Assembly (NCBI GenBank): GCA_041571435.1
Contig: JBFFUI010000008.1
Location: 1-64,000, forward strand
Reading direction: 5' to 3'
Length of the DNA stretch: 64,000 bases
Source: Sulfurimonadaceae bacterium
GTDB taxonomy: Bacteria; Campylobacterota; Campylobacteria; Campylobacterales; Sulfurimonadaceae
Shown here: piece after piece, positions 1 to 8,871 of the stretch
Layout of the letters: the number at the start of each line of letters is the position of its first letter
How positions within the stretch are numbered: position 1 is the first letter of the stretch
Translations under genes and position numbers: made by a program
The notes under the pieces: model-generated
What the model saw: the letters and a program-made list of their open reading frames with translations, nothing else
Databases searched by the model: none
What the model was told of the DNA's origin: nothing

Positions 1-115
1 CACAATCAAGGCTTATTTCGCCCTTGAGAGTAGCACCATCTGTGATGATGGTGGTGTTTGAATTTGTTTTTGCAGGTTGTGATCCCGCGTTATCGTTGCT
101 ACTAAAGATTGCCAT
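1..115 (-). CDS. ccmA: Bactofilin (CcmA-like polymer-forming cytoskeletal protein), 5' part only; runs off the window edge
   Basis: Not in the ORF track. ATG at 115 reads MAIFSSNDNAGSQPAKTNSNTTIITDGATLKGEISLDC, resembling the Helicobacter CcmA N-terminus (MAIF...TIIA.GT.IKGEL.LD). It lies directly behind a Csd1-type M23 gene. Confidence 0.85.
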   Translation of the reverse strand, partial: MAIFSSNDNAGSQPAKTNSNTTIITDGATLKGEISLDC

Positions 116-954
116 GGTACTTTTGTTTCCTTTTCAAATATAGTTGTGTAGTTTTCCATATCCCACTTAATGAACCAGAAGGGATTGAGTACCCGCTGAA
201 TATACCGGACCTCATAGTGAAGATGCGGCCCGTTACTCATACCGCTATTGCCGCTCAATCCTATTATGTCACCTTTTTTTACATACTGTCCGGCTTGCAC
301 CAACAGCTTGTTTAAGTGGCCGTAATAGGTCTTGAACCCGTAGTTGTGATCCAGAATAATAAGGCGTCCGTACCCACTTGTTTTATGGTTGCCTGAATAT
401 TCTATTACCCCGTCAGCCGTGGCATGGATCTCGGTACGCATTTCCGCACGAAGATCAGAACCGCGGTGAAACTCTTTTGTGTGGACAGTGGGGTGAATAC
501 GGTAGCCGTATTTACTCGTAATGCCTTTGTATGCTACTGGAGAACCGCTTGGAATATGTTTAAGCAGTGCGGCACGCTGTTCCGATGTCAATTTGGCGAT
601 CTCGACACGTTCGAGCAGTGAGTTCTCATCTTCACTAGCAAGACCGATAAGCTGCTCTATATCACCCAGACGGTCAGAAACGGCAGTCAGTTCGTCATGT
701 TTGGCAGCAAGATCTGTTTCTGCTTCGACAATGGCATTTTGCAGCGCACTGTTATGTTGTTCCAATTCAACTTTTTTCTTATCGATCTCGTCAATAGTAG
801 CATTCAGGAAAATAATCAGCATAGCACCGATGGCAATAAGAGAAACCGTACCTGCGGCAACATACAACACGACTTTTTTGATGATCTGATGCAGGTTGTA
901 CTGTTTCATCCCATTAGTATCATGGATAGTAACCGTAAATTTACTATGAGGCAA
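13..954 (-). CDS. csd1: M23 family peptidoglycan endopeptidase (Csd1-like cell-shape determinant)
   Basis: N-terminal TM helix, coiled coil and M23 motifs HRGSD and GPHLHYEV; followed by a bactofilin gene. TTG start. Confidence 0.85.
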   Translation of the reverse strand: MPHSKFTVTIHDTNGMKQYNLHQIIKKVVLYVAAGTVSLIAIGAMLIIFLNATIDEIDKKKVELEQHNSALQNAIVEAETDLAAKHDELTAVSDRLGDIEQLIGLASEDENSLLERVEIAKLTSEQRAALLKHIPSGSPVAYKGITSKYGYRIHPTVHTKEFHRGSDLRAEMRTEIHATADGVIEYSGNHKTSGYGRLIILDHNYGFKTYYGHLNKLLVQAGQYVKKGDIIGLSGNSGMSNGPHLHYEVRYIQRVLNPFWFIKWDMENYTTIFEKETKVPWQSLVATITRDHNLQKQIQTPPSSQMVLLSRAK

Positions 955-1202
955 GGCGCATTTCCATTACTTGTTTTTCCATATTTTTTTTGCAGGGAGT
1001 TCAATAGACGGCAGGTCTATTACACTGGGCAATAAACGGCGGCAGGCATACATCTGTCTCAAGGAAACTCCAAAATCTGATGCACAAAAATGTACATTCT
1101 TTTCTATTTAATCAACTATATTTATATTTGATTGCAAGAATTATACCCATTTTTACCTATTAAGTGTTAGATACACTGCCTAAGTTTTATTCGATGATAA
1201 TA

Positions 1203-2738
1203 TCAGAGCAGTTCACATTCGCTTATTTCACCGTTGAAATAACGAATTAACGCTTTTGTATTCACACTGTTTTTTGCCCCTTGATAGAGATTCTCTTCTA
1301 ATTGAAGTAAGGCTTTGTCTACGACATCACTCTCTTTCTTATAAGGTAGCAGTAGTTCGAAAAGTTCCCTGTCATTTTTTGCTTTTTTGATCTGCTGCGC
1401 GATAGGTTTTACAACATCTTTTTGAGGATCACGCTCTGATCGGCTACGCATCATCAGCCAGGTAAAGAGACCACCGATAAGAAAGCCGACCGCTGCGGCA
1501 TAAAGGAGCTCTCTCCAATCGTTCTCTTGAACGGCTGGCGTCTGCGGAACAGGTTTCTCTTTGATTGTCTCAGCCACTTCAATCTTGCTTTTTGATGGGC
1601 TCGTCGGCACAGCTGTCTTGGCGACACCGCCAGTCACCTCGATCGCTATCGGCTCGCTCTTTTTGACCACCTCTTTCTGGCTCTCTCGGTCAACATAACG
1701 GAGTGTAAACGACGGAATGGTGTACGAACCGTCTGCGATGATAACGATCTTCTGCTCAAAGCTTCCCAGGTAATCCTCACCTACCACCCGGGCTTTGATC
1801 TTAGGTTCGTTTGCGTAGATTACCGCCCCTGCTACGTCAAGTGAATACTTTTGAATATCGTCAATATTGCCGACGCCGTCAATCGAAATCGTGAGGTTCA
1901 GCGGCTTGTTGGCAGCGACCGTTGTCTTATCCACTTCCGTTTTGATGTTAAAATCACCGTAGAGTTCCAGATCGTCCGGCAGGACCTCGACCTCGAGGCT
2001 CGATCCGTTGGAAACCACCTGGCTGACGCGAAGATTGCGGCCGAAAGCGTTGTCAAAGAAAGGGTCGAATCCGCGGCGTGACTGTACATACTGCCCTACT
2101 TTGGCAAGAACGGGCGGGATATTCAGTGTCCCGCTTTTTTGGGGGAAAAGCAGGTAGCTGTGAGTTTCGGTGGCGTACTCCCCCTCTACTCCCTGTTGGA
2201 CACCGTCGATCTTTTTAACCCAGAAATCCTCGAACTTCGGCTCCTCTATCTCCAGCTTGTCCACTGTGACGCCCGGTTTTTTCTTGAAAACAAGGTCGAA
2301 GCGCACCGCTTCGCCCACGTGAGCGCTCTTTTTTGAGAGGCGAAGGTCAAGAACAACCGGCGCGCTCTTCTCCTGTGAGGGTTGAACGATATTGACCTTG
2401 ATAGTTCTGGTCATCTCCACGCCCCCGTCCACCAGTACTTTGTAACTCGGGATCTCCAGAGAGGCTTTCGGTCTGAATGTGTAGCTTTTGGAAACCGTTG
2501 TTTGATACTTCCCGTTGATGATACTGATATTTTTCGAGCCAGAGGTGCTTAGCACCGGATTACCTTCTATAGAGGTAATCATCGGGAACTCGACATCACT
2601 CCCACTCACCGAGATCGTATAAGTCACCTGGTCACCTTCGTAAAGGGCTCTTTTGTCGACGTTCACATCGACCCCGGCAAATAGTATAAACGGCAGCAGC
2701 AGTAGCAGTACTATCCTACCAAGCGGTTGTCTCTTCAT
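1203..2738 (-). CDS. batD: BatD-family exported/membrane-anchored protein
   Basis: Signal peptide, beta-rich repeats and a C-terminal TM helix; last gene of a moxR-DUF58-VWA-VWA-TPR operon. Confidence 0.8.
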   Translation of the reverse strand: MKRQPLGRIVLLLLLPFILFAGVDVNVDKRALYEGDQVTYTISVSGSDVEFPMITSIEGNPVLSTSGSKNISIINGKYQTTVSKSYTFRPKASLEIPSYKVLVDGGVEMTRTIKVNIVQPSQEKSAPVVLDLRLSKKSAHVGEAVRFDLVFKKKPGVTVDKLEIEEPKFEDFWVKKIDGVQQGVEGEYATETHSYLLFPQKSGTLNIPPVLAKVGQYVQSRRGFDPFFDNAFGRNLRVSQVVSNGSSLEVEVLPDDLELYGDFNIKTEVDKTTVAANKPLNLTISIDGVGNIDDIQKYSLDVAGAVIYANEPKIKARVVGEDYLGSFEQKIVIIADGSYTIPSFTLRYVDRESQKEVVKKSEPIAIEVTGGVAKTAVPTSPSKSKIEVAETIKEKPVPQTPAVQENDWRELLYAAAVGFLIGGLFTWLMMRSRSERDPQKDVVKPIAQQIKKAKNDRELFELLLPYKKESDVVDKALLQLEENLYQGAKNSVNTKALIRYFNGEISECELL

Positions 2739-3516
2739 CTTGAGCTCCTTCTGTTTTAAGTGGTACCATCAAGGTTCTGATACCCCGTTTGTCTAACATC
2801 TTCTCATATTTACGTTCCTGCATGTCGCTGATCGGCTCCTCTTTTGCTTCACCCTCTTTCATCGCCTTCGTCTCTTCTTCAGAGGCATTATCTTTTGACG
2901 CTTTATCTTCTTTGGCCTGTTTCTCTTTTTCGTCTTGTTCGCTTTTCGTGTCGCTCTGCTTCTCTTGCTGTTCTTGCTTGCTCTTTTCATCGGACGTTTG
3001 GTCATTTTTTTGCTGATCATTCTTTTTCTGCTGATCTTGACCGTTTTGGTTCTGCTTTTGCTGGTCCTGATCATCTTTATTCTGATTTTTCTGATCTTTC
3101 TGATCCTGTTTCTGCTGCTCTTGTTTCTGCTTTTTCAAGAGCTCGAGGTTGAACCGGGTATCTTCATCTTCACCCAGTTTTAGTGCCTCTTCATACGCAG
3201 CAATTGCTTTATCGACCTGTTTGGTGTTGGCGTAGGCATTGCCCATATTGTGCAGTGACTTTGCCCGAAGTTCAGCTTTTTTGACCTGTTCAAACTGTTT
3301 CAGCGCCTCTTTGTACTTTTTATCTTTGTAATAGGCATCACCAAGGTTATATATAAGATCATCATTTTTATCGTCGATCGACTCATAGAGTGCCGCTGCC
3401 TCACCGTATTGTGCATTGGCATACGCCTCTTTCGCTTTTTCGAGTGTTCTGAAATCCAGCAATCCACCAAAGAGCGTACTCCCCATCAACAGCGTCAGAG
3501 CCACAGACTTAAGCAT
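2716..3516 (-). CDS. batC: BatC-like TPR protein with Q/K/D-rich low-complexity tail
   Basis: Signal peptide, TPR helices (YNLGDAYY, HNMGNAY) and a Gln/Lys/Asp-rich linker; position in the bat operon. Confidence 0.8.
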   Translation of the reverse strand: MLKSVALTLLMGSTLFGGLLDFRTLEKAKEAYANAQYGEAAALYESIDDKNDDLIYNLGDAYYKDKKYKEALKQFEQVKKAELRAKSLHNMGNAYANTKQVDKAIAAYEEALKLGEDEDTRFNLELLKKQKQEQQKQDQKDQKNQNKDDQDQQKQNQNGQDQQKKNDQQKNDQTSDEKSKQEQQEKQSDTKSEQDEKEKQAKEDKASKDNASEEETKAMKEGEAKEEPISDMQERKYEKMLDKRGIRTLMVPLKTEGAQDEETTAW

Positions 3517-4480
3517 CTTTTCTCCTTCTTGAAGGAATGGAATAAAGTGTGATAAAGAGCAGAGTCAAGCCAACTGAGAGCGGATAGTAGAAAAGCTCTT
3601 TTTCATCTTTTAGGGTGGACTCCTCCTCGTTTTTCTCACTAAAACGCTGCTTTATCGCCTGTGCCAAGGCGTCAATATCGTTTGTTTTCAGCGAATACTC
3701 CATATACGCACCGCCACTCTGCAGGGCAAGGGCTTTGATCTTCTCGTTAATACGCACGACGACGATGTCCCCGTTTTCATCCACCAAGGCACCGTTTTTG
3801 TTCGGGATGATGCCCCCTTTGGCTGTACCGATGTTGTAGACAAAGACAACGATGTTGTGCTCTTTTGCATACGCAATCTCTTTAGAGAAGTCGCTGCTAT
3901 CGCCACCATCACTAAAGAGAACAAGCGCCTTTTTTTCGCTCTCTTTCAGGAGATCATCCGTCACTTCCATGGCATTTATCACCGAAGTCCCTTTCAGGGT
4001 TACCGTGTCCAGGTTCATGTTGTTTACCAGATACTCAAGTGTTGCAAAATCTTCCGTCAATGGCGATATCAAAAAGGCCTTGGAGCTGAAGCCTATGACC
4101 CCTATTCTCGCCTCTTGTATGTCACCGCTGAACGCATGGAATTTCTTCTTTGCAAGCTCCAGACGGTTTGGATAGACATCATTGGCAAACATTGAACGTG
4201 AGATGTCAAAGGCGGCCATGACGTCGATGGTACTTGTGCTCACCTTGATCTCGCCGTTATCGATATAAGGACGAGCCAGTGCGAGAATCATCAGGGCTGC
4301 AGCGAAGAGCAGAAGCGTCTGTTTGACAATCGGGCGTAAAAAACTGCCCGTACCTTGCAGCTTTTTCAATATTTCTGCATCAAAGTAGCGACTGAGGCTT
4401 TCCCCTTTTCTAAAAAGTATCACGGCAAGTGGCAGAAGCAGGAGCAGCAGAAGAAGAAATTCAGGTGATTTAAACTGCAT
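3509..4480 (-). CDS. batB: BatB-like von Willebrand factor A domain membrane protein
   Basis: MIDAS motif DISRS, plus SDG and flanking TM helices. Start moved to the ATG at 4480 (MQFKSPEFLLL), which overlaps the batA stop. Confidence 0.85.
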   Translation of the reverse strand: MQFKSPEFLLLLLLLLPLAVILFRKGESLSRYFDAEILKKLQGTGSFLRPIVKQTLLLFAAALMILALARPYIDNGEIKVSTSTIDVMAAFDISRSMFANDVYPNRLELAKKKFHAFSGDIQEARIGVIGFSSKAFLISPLTEDFATLEYLVNNMNLDTVTLKGTSVINAMEVTDDLLKESEKKALVLFSDGGDSSDFSKEIAYAKEHNIVVFVYNIGTAKGGIIPNKNGALVDENGDIVVVRINEKIKALALQSGGAYMEYSLKTNDIDALAQAIKQRFSEKNEEESTLKDEKELFYYPLSVGLTLLFITLYSIPSRRRKDA

Positions 4481-5366
4481 AGCGTCTCCTTCTGGCAACT
4501 ATGTAGATGAACAGTACCGCTATTGCTGCACCCAATGGGTACTGATAGAAGTAGTGTTTTTTGACATATCTGTTGGCTTTAATCTCACTTTTTTCCAGTG
4601 AGTCGATCTCATCATAGATCGCTTTGATCCGCTCGCTTGTACGTGCTTCATAGAACCTTCCGCCTGTCTCCTGAGCGATCTTTTCCAGGACAGCGGGGCT
4701 ATAATCACCTCTGCCACCGACACCGATGACATAGACTTTGATAGCGTACTTCTTTGCCGTCTTGATTGCAACATCGAGCGGGATCGTCCCCGCATTGTCA
4801 ATACCGTCCGTCAATAAGATAGCGACCTTCTCTTTTGAGCTGGAATCTTTAAACAGTTTGGCGCTCATAAAGAGTGCTTCGTAGAGTGACGTACGCTGTT
4901 TCCCGGCAACACCGACCCCGATCTTCTGCAGAAGCTCACTGATACTCTTTTTGTCATAGGTCAGCGGAACAGCCACATAGGCAAAGTCGGCAAAGATGGT
5001 CAGCCCCAATTTATCGTGTTCACGCTTTTTCAAAAAATCCAAGACAATCTCTTTGACGATCTCAAACTTGTTGAACTGCTCCATCGAACCGCTGGCATCC
5101 AGCAGCAGCGAGATCTCATACCCTTTGTCGTTCTGTACAACGATCTCATCTTCTTCAATCGGACTTGCAAGCGCCGTGATCAGCAGTAAGATTACAAGGA
5201 ACTTCAGTGTGTTCATCAGAAGGCTCTGCTTCTGCGCTACCTTTTTTAACATCGGCAGGTTTGGCAGGATCAGCTGCTGACGTTTTGCTTTGCAAAAGCG
5301 CTCACAGACAAAAAAGAGCACCACCAAAACAAAAAGGAAGGGGTATTCAAAGACAATATTACCCAC
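4470..5366 (-). CDS. batA: BatA-like VWA domain membrane protein
   Basis: N-terminal FEYP...TM, MIDAS motif DASGS, LLTDG and a C-terminal TM helix. Confidence 0.85.
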   Translation of the reverse strand: MGNIVFEYPFLFVLVVLFFVCERFCKAKRQQLILPNLPMLKKVAQKQSLLMNTLKFLVILLLITALASPIEEDEIVVQNDKGYEISLLLDASGSMEQFNKFEIVKEIVLDFLKKREHDKLGLTIFADFAYVAVPLTYDKKSISELLQKIGVGVAGKQRTSLYEALFMSAKLFKDSSSKEKVAILLTDGIDNAGTIPLDVAIKTAKKYAIKVYVIGVGGRGDYSPAVLEKIAQETGGRFYEARTSERIKAIYDEIDSLEKSEIKANRYVKKHYFYQYPLGAAIAVLFIYIVARRRRYAV

Positions 5367-5742
5367 GGACTGCCTCCTTGATAAACGTCTCCATCCTGCT
5401 TTTCAATGCAGCATCAAGCTCTGGCACCTCTTTTTTGAACTTGTACCTCTCCAACGCTTCCAGAATCTGCTCCAGCTCTCGGCGCTGATCGTCGTTGACA
5501 GCATAGTGTGCCAGATGGGAGAAGGCATAGGCACTCTCTTTTGCATCACCGAACTCAAACTTTTCAAGCAGTGCCATCGCCAGTTTTTTCTGTGTCATCG
5601 GCTCTTTTTTGGTCAGATACTTGTACAAAAGTACCGCCAAAAGCAGCACAGCGACAAGCAAGAGACCCGTAATTCCTAAAAGATAATAGAATGAATAGTC
5701 TGTCACCTCGACAAGCCCTTTAATATCGCGCAGCTCTTCCAT
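5359..5742 (-). CDS. Small membrane protein of the bat operon (DUF4381-like)
   Basis: LRDI motif followed by a single TM helix; typical slot between DUF58 and batA. Confidence 0.7.
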   Translation of the reverse strand: MEELRDIKGLVEVTDYSFYYLLGITGLLLVAVLLLAVLLYKYLTKKEPMTQKKLAMALLEKFEFGDAKESAYAFSHLAHYAVNDDQRRELEQILEALERYKFKKEVPELDAALKSRMETFIKEAVRG

Positions 5743-5744
5743 AA

Positions 5745-6575
5745 TTAATGCCTAAACAGTGTGGAGAGCTTGACAAACGGCTCTTCATCGGTATAAATTT
5801 TTGTGTATCGGATACGGTGCTGGTCAAAATGCATCACCAGTTTCTTGTCATGCAACGCTATACTCTTTTTATACGCGTTCAGGATCTTTGGCGAGAGCAT
5901 GAACTCTTCGTTCTTCATCGTGTTGGGATCGATCAGGTCCATCTCGCCAAAGAGCTTCGGTTCCTCTTCAAAACGGTCGCGTACCATCACGGCAAAGACC
6001 TCATGTTTGTTCAACAGCGAGAGGTCAAGGTCACCGTAAAAATCGCCAATGACAAAAATAAGTGATTTTCGTTTTATCCGTTCGTTGACATACTGTACAA
6101 AAGCAGTAAAATCACTCTCTTTTTCCAGCGGATCAAGGCTGAGTGCTTTCTCCAGTGTGATGTGGAGTGAACCCATCTTCTTGGTCGGCGGCATAAAGAA
6201 CTCCTCTCTGTCCGAGAAGAACAGTGTACTCAAACGGTCATCGTTCTTAATGCTCGAATAAGAGAGGAGGGCCAGGATCTCTGCCATCAGCTCCTGCTTA
6301 AAACGTTTCGTACCGAAATAGATGCTGCCGCTGACCATAAAAGCGACCACGATGTTGAGTTCGCGCTCTTCATTAAAGAGATTGACAAAAGGACGTCCCG
6401 ACTTTGCGGTGACCTTCCAGTTGATCTTGCGGACATCATCGCCGATCTCATACTCTCGTAACTCTTTAAAGTCGAGCCCATTGCCTGAAAAAAGTGATGG
6501 TGAACCACCCGCATTCTGACCAAAGATGTTACGTCGGGTCTTGATGAGGATCTCTTCGGTTTTATCGAGGAACAA
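5745..6575 (-). CDS. DUF58 family protein (MoxR-associated)
   Basis: G.GLDFKELREYEIGDDVRKINWKVTA motif; follows moxR. Confidence 0.9.
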   Translation of the reverse strand: MFLDKTEEILIKTRRNIFGQNAGGSPSLFSGNGLDFKELREYEIGDDVRKINWKVTAKSGRPFVNLFNEERELNIVVAFMVSGSIYFGTKRFKQELMAEILALLSYSSIKNDDRLSTLFFSDREEFFMPPTKKMGSLHITLEKALSLDPLEKESDFTAFVQYVNERIKRKSLIFVIGDFYGDLDLSLLNKHEVFAVMVRDRFEEEPKLFGEMDLIDPNTMKNEEFMLSPKILNAYKKSIALHDKKLVMHFDQHRIRYTKIYTDEEPFVKLSTLFRH

Positions 6576-6584
6576 GCGCTCTCC

Positions 6585-7532
6585 CTACGGCAGTTTAATG
6601 GTTTGAAGGATCTTTGTCACAATATCATCAGCGCGTACACCGGCTGCCTCCGCCTTGTAGTTCAGGATAATACGGTGACGCAACACACCATGCACCACAT
6701 CGGCGATATCCAGCGGTGTGACAAAGTCATTGCCGCGGATGTACGCTATGGCTTTGGCCGCTTTATAAAGGTTGATCGACGCACGCGGGCTTGCCCCGTA
6801 TTCAAGGTACTCCGCAATACCGTTCACCCCGTACTTCTCAGGCTCGCGTGTCGCATAGATAAGTTTGACGATATAGGCCGTGACCGCGTCATCAATATGC
6901 ACCGTTTCAACATCCTCTCGCATGGCAATGATGTCGGAAGCATCGGCCACCTTCTCAATGACGCCGAAGTTACGGTTGGCCACGCGGTTGACGATCTCGA
7001 TCTCTTCGTCAAAACTGTTGTAGTCGACATTGACCTTCATCATAAAGCGGTCAAGCTGCGCTTCCGGGAGTTGGTATGCCCCTTCCTGTTCGACGGGGTT
7101 CTGTGTCGCCAGTACCAAAAACGGTTCATCCAGTCTGAAGCTCTCTTCTGCGATCGTGATCTGTTTCTCCTGCATCACCTCCAGAAGTGCAGACTGCACT
7201 TTCGCCGGGGCACGATTGATCTCATCAGCCAATAGCAGGTTGGTAAATGCGGGACCGTGCTTGATCTTGAACGACCCCTCTTTCTGGTCATACATTTCGG
7301 TGCCGACAATGTCACTCGGCAGAAGGTCAGGTGTGAACTGTACCCGCTTAAAATCAAGCCCAAGGGCTTTTGCCAGTGCATTGATCGCTGTCGTCTTTGC
7401 CAGACCCGGCACCCCCTCGACCAAAATGTGACCGTCGCTGATCAGTCCGATCAACATTGCATTGATCAGCTCTTCCTGGCCGACCATAACCTTTTTGACT
7501 TCATTTTTTATCGCATCTATCTTTGCTTTCAA
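6585..7532 (-). CDS. moxR: MoxR family AAA+ ATPase
   Basis: Walker A GVPGLAKT, RVQFTPDLLPSD, DEINRAPAKVQSALLE, ATQNPVEQEG. Confidence 0.95.
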   Translation of the reverse strand: MKAKIDAIKNEVKKVMVGQEELINAMLIGLISDGHILVEGVPGLAKTTAINALAKALGLDFKRVQFTPDLLPSDIVGTEMYDQKEGSFKIKHGPAFTNLLLADEINRAPAKVQSALLEVMQEKQITIAEESFRLDEPFLVLATQNPVEQEGAYQLPEAQLDRFMMKVNVDYNSFDEEIEIVNRVANRNFGVIEKVADASDIIAMREDVETVHIDDAVTAYIVKLIYATREPEKYGVNGIAEYLEYGASPRASINLYKAAKAIAYIRGNDFVTPLDIADVVHGVLRHRIILNYKAEAAGVRADDIVTKILQTIKLP

Positions 7533-7661
7533 AACAATCCTTTATGAGCTGCAGTGTAGGTGATTCACCGAAAGTTTGCAAAGATTATAATCCTGCATCA
7601 CTAATATTCAGTAAACACTTATGTGGTGTATTTTGTACTAAAGTCCGATCTTGTGCGAAAG

Positions 7662-8075
7662 TTACATGCCCATCACGGTCATAATGATTTCACGCGAACC
7701 GCCACGGTCACGATGTTCACCCAGATATATCCCCTGCCAGGTGCCGAGGTTAAGTCTGCCATGGGTCAAGGGTACGGTCACCGAACTGCCCAGCAGTGAT
7801 GCTTTAAGGTGCGCTGGCATATCATCACTGCCTTCATAAGTATGGATGAAATAGTGTTTGTCGTCACAGGTCGCATTCATAAATGATTCCATGTCGGTTC
7901 GAACGGACGGATCAGCATTTTCATTGATGGTCAGTAGTGAAGCGCTGGTGTGTTTGATGAAGATATGGACGATGCCGTTATGCAGATTGCACGATTGCAA
8001 CGCTTTCTCGACCTCATCGGTTATCAGATGAAAACCACGTGGATAAGGTCTCAATTTTAGTGTTGTCTGGAACAC
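7662..8075 (-). CDS. yjbQ: YjbQ/UPF0047 family protein (secondary thiamine-phosphate synthase)
   Basis: HTSASL.INENADP, H..EG.DDMPAH.K and LGTWQGIYL.EHR motifs. The GTG at 8075 follows GGAGAGAGG, so the start was trimmed from the ORF track. Confidence 0.9.
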   Translation of the reverse strand: MFQTTLKLRPYPRGFHLITDEVEKALQSCNLHNGIVHIFIKHTSASLLTINENADPSVRTDMESFMNATCDDKHYFIHTYEGSDDMPAHLKASLLGSSVTVPLTHGRLNLGTWQGIYLGEHRDRGGSREIIMTVMGM

Positions 8076-8221
8076 GCCTCTCTCCCGTATATTGAATAGT
8101 TTATTGTAACCAACTCTGACGGGAACTTTCACGGTTGTTTAAACCTGAACATTATATGGATTCTTTCATAATAAACGCTGTTTTAGAAAGTATATAATAG
8201 AAAATAGTCAAAGGAGAATAA

Positions 8222-8317
8222 ATGGATCTCTCTATGTTCACTGAGCTCAATACATGGTTGTATCTATCACCGGTTATTGTCGTCATACTCTATTTTGCAC
8301 TCTCTTTTTGGAAATGA
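8222..8317 (+). CDS. Putative 31-aa single-pass membrane microprotein (MDLSMFTELNTWLYLSPVIVVILYFALSFWK)
   Basis: AAGGAG Shine-Dalgarno just upstream of the ATG, TATAAT -10 at about 8193-8198, and a hydrophobic core. Below the ORF-track size cutoff. Confidence 0.6.
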   Translation: MDLSMFTELNTWLYLSPVIVVILYFALSFWK

Positions 8318-8428
8318 CAGGTCTAAAACTATGATAGTTTGATAACTTTTCCAAACTCTTAGTACCTCTATTTTTCACGTTTTTTTGGTAAAAACCAGTA
8401 TCACTTTACATTCAGAACAGGTTGAATA

Positions 8429-8785
8429 ATGGCACAACAACTTTCAAAATTACATGTACGTTTTATTCAAATGCAAAAACATTTTGTTCTGCAGCGCAGT
8501 GCTGACAGTAATAATGAGACACTTCCCCTCCAACAACTTTATATCAAGAGCAATAGCAGTTTTTATTTAGCTAATTTCGCTGACGATATCGATGACGGTA
8601 CGATCGTGCAGCTCTCTTTTAAAGAGAGCAATGACTATCTGTCATCGCTGAGATGCACGCTCAAAACAAAATGTATTGAAAGAGGAAGTGATGAATATAA
8701 AGAGGCTCTGCTCTTTTTTAATATGGATGCATCAGCTGTTAAACAGCTGCTTCTACTCACAATTGAGACGGTAGAGGCAAAATAG
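8429..8785 (+). CDS. Hypothetical protein, weakly resembling the pyridoxamine 5'-phosphate oxidase-like split-barrel family
   Basis: The N-terminus (MAQQLS...FIQ.QK.FV) recalls that family, but motifs are weak. Confidence 0.45.
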   Translation: MAQQLSKLHVRFIQMQKHFVLQRSADSNNETLPLQQLYIKSNSSFYLANFADDIDDGTIVQLSFKESNDYLSSLRCTLKTKCIERGSDEYKEALLFFNMDASAVKQLLLLTIETVEAK

Positions 8786-8871
8786 TGTACGGAGAACGTA
8801 TTTGTATTGAAGTAGTAACGTTGAAGCAGCAGCCGGAACGCGCCCGGCTATCAAAGGGTAGCAGTAGATGC

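Noticed and set aside
2990-3135. Repetitive ctgatc/ctgctt-rich tract suggesting a tandem repeat or CRISPR array
   Set aside because: Low-complexity coding sequence of BatC; no constant repeat with unique spacers.
2935-3183. Very hydrophobic 82-aa plus-strand ORF that looks like a membrane protein
   Set aside because: It is the antisense mirror of the Q/K/D-rich BatC tail (CAG/AAA/GAT codons read as Leu/Phe/Ile) and has no RBS.
6603-7235. 210-aa plus-strand ORF
   Set aside because: Fully antisense to the well-supported moxR gene; no recognisable motif.
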